From NCBI GenBank assembly GCA_005223125.1, contig NJBH01000050.1:1-21484 (forward strand): a stretch of 21,484 nucleotides of DNA, written 5' to 3'. Source of the stretch: Promethearchaeota archaeon Loki_b32. GTDB lineage: Archaea; Asgardarchaeota; Lokiarchaeia; Sigyniarchaeales; SOKP01. A program made the translations under genes and the position numbers. The notes under the pieces were generated by a model that was not told where the DNA came from, did no database searches, and worked only from the letters and a program-made list of their open reading frames with translations. This document shows, in pieces, positions 1 through 6,824 of this stretch. Each line of letters opens with the position of its first letter. The stretch's first letter is position 1.

Positions 1-5
1 GATTT

Positions 6-563
6 TTGATTAGACTTTTTGGATTTCAAATAAATCTTAGAAAACTTTCACATTGGACAATCCCAGATGTAATCTTCAATTATATTGATTTACATTTTGG
101 TTTAAATTCTCGAATCCTACTACTTATTACAGATTTAAAGAGTGATAAGGATATAAAAATTTCTCGAGAACACTTTTCTAAAAATGCGTGTAAACATGCG
201 ATTTTATTAGAATTTGAAGAAAGTACTTTGATAATAATGAGAACAATTAGTAAGGAAGAACTTTTTTCAAGCGCTTATGGTTCAATAAATTCAATTAAAA
301 AAGCTCTAACAGAAAAATTTGGAACACCTTCAGCTGTAATTTGCGTTGATAAATTTCTACTTGAGAATATAGTTGAAAACTATATTTTTAAACACTCGAA
401 ATTTACTCTTTTCCCTCACTTTAAAACATTGAAGTTATTGGGGAATAAGAAATATTTAGTAATATATCCTGAATTTTCAACCATTAACTTCATTAGAAAA
501 AAGAAACCAATCTCATTACTAAAACTTCTATTACCCATTTTAATTGATAAACATGAGTTTTAA
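6..563 (+). CDS. Hypothetical protein, possibly 5'-truncated by the window edge
   Basis: 185-codon ORF in very AT-rich DNA. The frame stays open to the window start, so the TTG start is uncertain. Converges on asd with a 6-nt gap. No recognisable motif. Confidence 0.5.
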   Translation: MIRLFGFQINLRKLSHWTIPDVIFNYIDLHFGLNSRILLLITDLKSDKDIKISREHFSKNACKHAILLEFEESTLIIMRTISKEELFSSAYGSINSIKKALTEKFGTPSAVICVDKFLLENIVENYIFKHSKFTLFPHFKTLKLLGNKKYLVIYPEFSTINFIRKKKPISLLKLLLPILIDKHEF

Positions 564-569
564 TAACTC

Positions 570-1658
570 TTAATTAATATAGCCTTTAGCTACTAATAAT
601 TCAGCATTCAAAATTGCGCCACCAGCAGCACCTCTTATTGTGTTATGGCTTAATGATACGAATTTATAATCAAATACATTATCTTCTCTCAGTCTACCTA
701 CTGTTACCGCCATCCCTTTATCGTTATCTCTATCCTTTTTTGGTTGAGGCCTATTAATATTTTCTAAATAAATTATCGGCTGTTTAGGCGCAAAGGGTAA
801 ATCTAATTCTTGAGGTAAAGATTTAAAGTCTTTCCAAACATCAATAATTTCTTCTTTTTTAGGTACTTCACGTTTAAATTTTACATTAACACTTGCGGTA
901 TGGCCATAGGATACTGGAACTCTTGTACATGTTGCACTTATTCGGATGGAATTATCCTTCTCAATTCCACTTTCTCCAATCTTTCCAAGAATTTTTAACG
1001 GTTCTTCTTCTGTTTTTTTTTCTTCTCCACTAATATATGGAACAATATTATCAACAATATCTAAAGATGGAACTCCAGGATAACCTGCTCCAGAAACAGC
1101 TTGTAAAGTAGTTATAATTAGTTTATCCACTTTATAACCTGCTTTTTCTAAAGCATAAATTGGAGTTAGATAACTCTGAAGTGAACAATTAGGTTTTACT
1201 ACTATAAATCCTCTTGTGAAACCATTATTTTTTTGTTGAATTGGTATAACTTTTGCATGCTCAGAGTTAATTTCACCAATAATCATGGGTACATCAGGAG
1301 TCCAGCGGTGGGCAGAATTATTACTGATTACGGGAATACCATTTTTAGCATATTCATATTCTAACTCTCTAATTTGTTCTTTCTTTGGCATATTAATAGC
1401 AGAAAAAACAAAATTAAGATTTTCAGGTACCTTCTTAAAATCTTGAACATCTCTTACTATTAAATCTTTTATTTCTTTAGGAATCGGAATCGACAACTGC
1501 CATTTTTCTTTAACAGCTTCTCCAAAAGACTTTCCCGCTGATCTAGGGGATGCCGCGATATCTACAATTTCAAACCATGGATGTTCTTGTAAAAGCTTAA
1601 TGTAGTTTTGTCCAACGGTCCCCGTAGCACCAAGGATACCAACACTAAATTTTTTCAT
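570..1658 (-). CDS. asd: Aspartate-semialdehyde dehydrogenase (archaeal/fungal-like type)
   Basis: N-terminal GILGATGTVGQ Rossmann motif, SNNSAHR, catalytic PNC, QAVSGAG, RVPV.GH, HNTIRGAAGGAILNAE. Confidence 0.97.
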   Translation of the reverse strand: MKKFSVGILGATGTVGQNYIKLLQEHPWFEIVDIAASPRSAGKSFGEAVKEKWQLSIPIPKEIKDLIVRDVQDFKKVPENLNFVFSAINMPKKEQIRELEYEYAKNGIPVISNNSAHRWTPDVPMIIGEINSEHAKVIPIQQKNNGFTRGFIVVKPNCSLQSYLTPIYALEKAGYKVDKLIITTLQAVSGAGYPGVPSLDIVDNIVPYISGEEKKTEEEPLKILGKIGESGIEKDNSIRISATCTRVPVSYGHTASVNVKFKREVPKKEEIIDVWKDFKSLPQELDLPFAPKQPIIYLENINRPQPKKDRDNDKGMAVTVGRLREDNVFDYKFVSLSHNTIRGAAGGAILNAELLVAKGYIN

Positions 1659-1885
1659 TAGAATCTTTGTAGAGATTAATTATATTTCTAATTTTGAAAA
1701 TTTTATTTAATTTTTAGATAATAATCAATTTCAGATTAAAAGTTTTTCTGGATAGAAAACAAATCACATCCTCAAAAATTCTAAATTTGTTATATTTTTA
1801 TTTTTTAAAATCTTTAAGTAAATAGAAATCATGAACTTATTCGATAAACTATAGTATTATTAATTATTATTATTATGTGATACTT

Positions 1886-2416
1886 ATGCCGGGACCTTTT
1901 GATGAGCTAGAAAAAGAAGCAGAAACCTTAGAAAAACAATCTAAAGAAGAGTTTAATAAGAAAAGTTTTGTTTTAGCAATTTCATTATTGGTGGAAGCAA
2001 AAGAAATTTATTCAAAATTGGGATATCAAGGGAAGATTAACATGATTGACAAACGAATAGCCCAATTAAAAAATTTAGTTAAATTTGAGAAACAAAATAC
2101 AGTTGTCAAAACTAAAGGTGAAATTAAGTTTCAAAAACGTGTTGATAAAGTCTTACATGAAAAAGATAGATCTCAAAGATATAAATTAGCAGAACAGAAA
2201 ACTCTTCCTCCTGAAGTGAGGCAAAAACTTGAAAGGATCAATCTACTCCATGAGAAAGCAGTAAAAGAAGAAAAATTAGGTCAATATCCCAGAGTATTAG
2301 GAAGATATGAATTTCTTTTAGAATTATATAAATCAATCCCTAAAGAAATAATGAATTTCACGAAAGAAATTTATGAAACTGAGAATAAAATAGAGTCAAT
2401 TCGGGAAAAAATATAA
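1886..2416 (+). CDS. Hypothetical helical protein with two MIT/TPR-like segments
   Basis: Track start is GTG 1877; in-frame ATG 1886 (MPGPF) is preferred. Two helical segments (AETLEKQSKEEFNKKSFVLAISLLVEAKEIY; AVKEEKLGQYPRVLGRYEFLLELY) joined by a charged linker. Confidence 0.7.
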   Translation: MPGPFDELEKEAETLEKQSKEEFNKKSFVLAISLLVEAKEIYSKLGYQGKINMIDKRIAQLKNLVKFEKQNTVVKTKGEIKFQKRVDKVLHEKDRSQRYKLAEQKTLPPEVRQKLERINLLHEKAVKEEKLGQYPRVLGRYEFLLELYKSIPKEIMNFTKEIYETENKIESIREKI

Positions 2417-2461
2417 TCTTTTTTCTCTTTATCTTAAAATAAACAATATTTTTGATTTTTT

Positions 2462-3502
2462 ATGAAAAATCCTTTTGATGGATTCTATCACGTCCCAAGT
2501 TCAAAGGAATTATTAGATATTGCTTTTAAAAGGGCAATGAAGAGTTCTGCGCAAGTTTCAAAAAATGCTCCAATAATTATTAAAGCCAAGAAAAAAGAAT
2601 CTAAGCGAATTAAGGTAGCTATTGAACAACTCATTAATAGAATTCTAAGGATCATAAAAATGGTACCAATAATCGATGATCTTCCAGATTTTTATAAAGA
2701 GTTGGCATCTATTTTAGTTGATATTGATAAATTAAAATTAACCTTAGGAAAATTAAATGGAATTCTCCCTATCCTTAGTCAAATTGGAAGAGAACATCGT
2801 TCTAATTTAAATAGAATAGACGCACCAAAGGAAGGGGATCGTTTACGTAGAGCTGCTTTTGGGAGGGTATCCTCCATTATTAATAAACAAAATAAAAATC
2901 TCAAATACTTAAATGAGATTAGAGGACGTTTGAGGGAAATACCTTCAATTAATTATACGATGCCCTGTGTTGTTGTAGCAGGTTATCCAAATGTAGGGAA
3001 AAGTAGCATTGTTAAAAATATCTCAACGAATAAAAAGATTGAAGTTCAGGAATATCCATTTACCACTAAAAAGTTAAATATGGGACATTTAGAGCTTGAA
3101 AGAAGATTTGATAAAATAAGGATACAGTGTTTAGACACTCCAGGGATTCTAGACCGTCCTATGGCTAAGAGAAATAATATAGAATTACAGGCAATATTAG
3201 CATTAAGATTAATCTCGGATTTGATTCTTTTCATTTTTGATCCAACTCCTGCTTCCGGGTATAATGTTGAATCACAAATTGAATTATATAATGAGATAAA
3301 GCAAAATTTTTCTAAAGAAAGACATATAGAAATTGTAGTTGTATTTAATAAAATGGATTTAGCTAAAGATTCGGAAATTCGATATTTAAAAGATACATTA
3401 AATCTGAAGGATGATGAATTTTATTTGACCAATGCTCTTACAGGAGAGAACTTAGATAAATTAATCACCGATTTAAAGAAAAGATATGAGAGGGATGAAT
3501 AA
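2462..3502 (+). CDS. NOG1-family GTP-binding protein (OBG superfamily, ribosome biogenesis)
   Basis: NOG1-type N-terminal helical domain (ELLDIAFKRA...LPDFYKEL); G1 GYPNVGKSS, G2 YPFTT, G3 DTPGILDRP, G4 NKMD. Confidence 0.95.
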   Translation: MKNPFDGFYHVPSSKELLDIAFKRAMKSSAQVSKNAPIIIKAKKKESKRIKVAIEQLINRILRIIKMVPIIDDLPDFYKELASILVDIDKLKLTLGKLNGILPILSQIGREHRSNLNRIDAPKEGDRLRRAAFGRVSSIINKQNKNLKYLNEIRGRLREIPSINYTMPCVVVAGYPNVGKSSIVKNISTNKKIEVQEYPFTTKKLNMGHLELERRFDKIRIQCLDTPGILDRPMAKRNNIELQAILALRLISDLILFIFDPTPASGYNVESQIELYNEIKQNFSKERHIEIVVVFNKMDLAKDSEIRYLKDTLNLKDDEFYLTNALTGENLDKLITDLKKRYERDE

Positions 3503-4572
3503 TATTTATTTTAGGATTGGATATTGGTGGTGCAAATACTAAAGCTGCTTTACTCTATTTTCAAAACAAAAGAATTGTTGAATCCTATTCATATATAGAA
3601 TACTTTCCATTCTGGGAAAGAAATATTCCAGATATCTCAAATATGTTAACACAAGTTGTAAAAAATTTAATTGAAAAGAATAATATTAGCCTTGAAATAG
3701 TTAACTATTTTGCGGTTACCATTACAGCGGAACTTTCTGATGCTTTTCAAACCAAAAGAGAGGGAATTTTAACAATTTTAAATGCACTTGACAAAAGTTT
3801 TGATAAAAATAAATTACATTTCATAACTAATGAAAATAAATATATTGATTATATTACTGCAAAATCTGATTATTCTTCAATTGCAGCTGCCAACTGGGCC
3901 TCTACAGCTTTATTTCTAGGACAATTTCTTTCTAACTGTATTTTAATTGATGCGGGATCAACTACTGTTGATATAATTCCTATATTAGAATCAATCCCAG
4001 TACCAAAAGGAAAAGATGATATCTCACGTCTAGTAAATCATGAATTGATCTACACAGGCGGATTAAGAGCTACAATTCCTTCTATAACCCACCATGTTCC
4101 CTATAAAGGAAAAAATGTCCGTATTTCGTTTGAAAAATTTGCTTTAATTTCAGACGTTCACAGAATTTTGAACTACATTTCAGAGGAAGAATATATTAAC
4201 GATACTGCTGATAATCGTTCAAAATCCTTAGAAGATTGCTATGCTCGACTTTCGAGAATAATATGTATGGATATTGAAACCATTTCAAAAGAAGACTTAA
4301 ATATAATAGCAAATTACATTTATGAAAAACAATTAGATATCATTTCTCAAGAAATAAGACTTTTTATGGATCATCTTACCACAAGATTTAAAGAATTTGA
4401 AAATAATCCGAAATTCATAATAACTGGGTTATCAGCAGATTTCTTGATTAGAAAACCTTTACAAATATTGGGTTATGATAATATAGCTTCTTACGAACAA
4501 ATCACACAAATTCCAGATGCTATAAGTTCATCTGCTTTTGCTGTGGCTGGAGCTTTTTATTTTCAATTATAA
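3499..4572 (+). CDS. mfnF: MfnF-like methanofuran biosynthesis protein (hydantoinase/oxoprolinase family, H4MPT-linked C1 pathway protein); start codon uncertain
   Basis: ILGLDIGGANTK, TITAELSDAFQTKREG, AAANW, LIDAGSTTVDIIPI, RL..ELIYTG.LR, TADNRSKS..DCYARLSRIIC.D; adjacent to mfnE. The frame is open from 3499 (ATA); the track's TTG at 3517 falls inside the conserved first strand. Confidence 0.85.
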   Translation: MIFILGLDIGGANTKAALLYFQNKRIVESYSYIEYFPFWERNIPDISNMLTQVVKNLIEKNNISLEIVNYFAVTITAELSDAFQTKREGILTILNALDKSFDKNKLHFITNENKYIDYITAKSDYSSIAAANWASTALFLGQFLSNCILIDAGSTTVDIIPILESIPVPKGKDDISRLVNHELIYTGGLRATIPSITHHVPYKGKNVRISFEKFALISDVHRILNYISEEEYINDTADNRSKSLEDCYARLSRIICMDIETISKEDLNIIANYIYEKQLDIISQEIRLFMDHLTTRFKEFENNPKFIITGLSADFLIRKPLQILGYDNIASYEQITQIPDAISSSAFAVAGAFYFQL

Positions 4573-4587
4573 TTAAAACTAAAAAAA

Positions 4588-5310
4588 ATGAAGTACACTA
4601 CAACAATATTTAAGATTGGAGGGAAAATTTTAGATAATTTTGATGATCTAAATTCGACGATTTCTCAATTAAAACAATTATTTGAAGAAAAACTTATTCA
4701 AAAAATAATTATAATCCCTGGAGGTGGCTCTTTTGCAAATTTTATACGAAAAATATATAGGGAATTAAAATTTACTGAAGAAATTGCTCATTGGATGGGG
4801 ATTATTTCTATGAACTATAATGGATTAGAAATAAGTAAGAAATTTCCTGATTTACAAGTTGTTGAAAAATATGATAAATTAAAAGAAATAAGAAATACTT
4901 TCTGTATATTTTTGCCTTATGAATTTTTAAAAGAGAATGATAAATTGCCTCATAGTTGGGATGTTACCTCTGATTCTATCGCATTATATCTAACTAAAGA
5001 ACTAGGACTAAATGAGTGTTTTTTAATAAAAGATGTCGACGGTATTTTAAATGAGAAAAATGAAGTTATTAAAGAAATCTCAGCTTCAGATTTCAGAGAA
5101 ATAAGAGAATTGGGTGAACTAACTAAAGTTGAATCAAATCTTGAAGATTTAAAAGAAAGATCGCAACCAATTGATCATTATATAACAACTCTGATTGAAA
5201 AACATAGAATCTCTTGTATTATTTTGAATGGTTCTAAAAACAAGGCAAGAATCTTAAACTACTTTAAATCGGCTAGTACAGAAGAAAAAATTTTTACTAA
5301 AATAAAATAA
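4588..5310 (+). CDS. mfnE: MfnE-like [5-(aminomethyl)furan-3-yl]methyl phosphate kinase (amino-acid kinase family)
   Basis: KIGG, IIPGGGSFANFIR, AHWM.I.SM, LPHSWDVTSDSIA, KDVDGI; 15 nt downstream of mfnF. Confidence 0.85.
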   Translation: MKYTTTIFKIGGKILDNFDDLNSTISQLKQLFEEKLIQKIIIIPGGGSFANFIRKIYRELKFTEEIAHWMGIISMNYNGLEISKKFPDLQVVEKYDKLKEIRNTFCIFLPYEFLKENDKLPHSWDVTSDSIALYLTKELGLNECFLIKDVDGILNEKNEVIKEISASDFREIRELGELTKVESNLEDLKERSQPIDHYITTLIEKHRISCIILNGSKNKARILNYFKSASTEEKIFTKIK

Positions 5311-5449
5311 AAAGCTTCTTGTGTAAACTTACTTGAATTTAATGATATTTTTGTTAAATTTCATAATTAAAATTAAAGTTTTAATTAAATTGAACTTAAA
5401 TTATAATTAATATAATATTTAAAGTTATAAAATCAAGAGTGAAAGCAAT

Positions 5450-5950
5450 ATGGATATTGACGAAATGAAAAAGAATGCAGACTTTTTAATAAACAATATG
5501 AAAGGGATGGAAATTCCGGGATCTACAACTGTAAATATTAGATATAGAAATATGGTTAATTTTGCTAAAGTCTATGGAATAACAGATCCTAAATATATTG
5601 GATCAGAGGAAGAAGGCGTTGTTGCGTGTCATGCGTTCGCAAATTATTTTACAATTAAAGCTATATATAAACTACTATTAGGCTTTAAACTAAATCAAGA
5701 TGGTAAAGAACGCGGAATTATGCTTGATCCAGGCAAACTTTTACACGCAGGGAATCGATATAATTGGGAAGGATGCGTTGATGTTAAACCTGGAGATAAA
5801 TTAACAGTAACGGGAAAATGCACTGATGTTAAGTTAGTAGAGAAAAATATGATGTTATTTGCTGATTTTTTAGTACATGTTAAAAATCAAAACAATGAAC
5901 CAGTATGCAATATTACTATTTCTGCTGGTTTTCGTAAAGGAGGGTATTAA
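5450..5950 (+). CDS. MaoC-like hotdog-fold dehydratase, N-terminal/non-catalytic-type subunit (HadA-like)
   Basis: FAKVYGITDPKY, LLHAGNRYNW...VKPGDKLTV, NQNNEPVC pattern of the MaoC_dehydrat_N family; lies 1 nt upstream of a MaoC catalytic gene. Confidence 0.8.
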   Translation: MDIDEMKKNADFLINNMKGMEIPGSTTVNIRYRNMVNFAKVYGITDPKYIGSEEEGVVACHAFANYFTIKAIYKLLLGFKLNQDGKERGIMLDPGKLLHAGNRYNWEGCVDVKPGDKLTVTGKCTDVKLVEKNMMLFADFLVHVKNQNNEPVCNITISAGFRKGGY

Positions 5951-5951
5951 A

Positions 5952-6500
5952 ATGGTTAATATTTCAGACCTAAAAGTTGGACAAGTATTAAAAAATGAAT
6001 TTGAAGGAATAAAGAGAGATTTACTAAAACAATACGCAAAAGCATCGGGGGACACGAACCCTATTCATACTAATGATGCTGTAGCTGAAAGAGCAGGACT
6101 TAAAGGTGTTATTGCTCATGGATTACTGAGTTTTGGTTTTATTTCAAAATTATTCGAAGATTTTCTCGAACATGGGAAATATGGAACGATTATCGATATT
6201 GCTGTGCAAATGAGGGGCATGGTAAGGGTCGGTGACCTTTTAATTACTGAAGCAACAGTTAATAAAATTGAGGGCAAAAGAGTTTATTTTGATGTAAAAC
6301 AGATAACTATAACCAGTGTGGATATAAAAGATAAAGATGGTACTATTGTAAAACAATTTGAGGCAGGTGAAAGAGGTTATATCTCTGAAAAAGATATTGA
6401 AAGAGGTTTAGTAAAGACAAAAGAAGTCCCGGAAGGGATACTAACTTACCGAGAAAGAATAGCAACTCCGGGTCAAGCAATCATTGAACTTAATGATTAG
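5952..6500 (+). CDS. MaoC-family (R)-specific enoyl-CoA hydratase/dehydratase (HadB-like)
   Basis: Hydratase-2 motif YAKASGDTNPIHTN..A...GL.GVIAHG. Start moved to ATG 5952 (in frame, GGAGGG at 5939-5944, 1 nt after the upstream stop) instead of 5877. Confidence 0.88.
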   Translation: MVNISDLKVGQVLKNEFEGIKRDLLKQYAKASGDTNPIHTNDAVAERAGLKGVIAHGLLSFGFISKLFEDFLEHGKYGTIIDIAVQMRGMVRVGDLLITEATVNKIEGKRVYFDVKQITITSVDIKDKDGTIVKQFEAGERGYISEKDIERGLVKTKEVPEGILTYRERIATPGQAIIELND

Positions 6501-6532
6501 AAATAAAGAAGTTTCCTAAAAATTCTAACATC

Positions 6533-6649
6533 TTATTCTTTTTTTGATAAATCTTTTACTTTTAATTCAATTTCTTTTATTCCTTCGAAATCGTTTACAT
6601 TTTTAGCAGCAAAGTACGCTTTTTTAAAGTATTCCTCTGCATTATTCAA
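6533..6649 (-). pseudogene. TPR-like gene remnant or 38-aa small ORF
   Basis: Minus strand reads (TAA)-D-L(TTG)NNAEEYFKKAYFAAKNVNDFEGIKEIELKVKDLSKKE-stop. This resembles a TPR helix B (A..YF.KA) plus a capping helix. Confidence 0.45.
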
Positions 6650-6824
6650 ATCTTACTTTAAAAAATGAACAAACTGCTTAGAGTTTATAGTTCTTGAAGT
6701 ATCAAATTCTTAAATAGAAAATTTTTTTGTTCTTCACATAATTATTTTAAAAGATATTTATACTAGTAAATAGAAGTGATATTTGAAGGATTAATTTTTA
6801 AATAAATTAATTATACCTACCACC

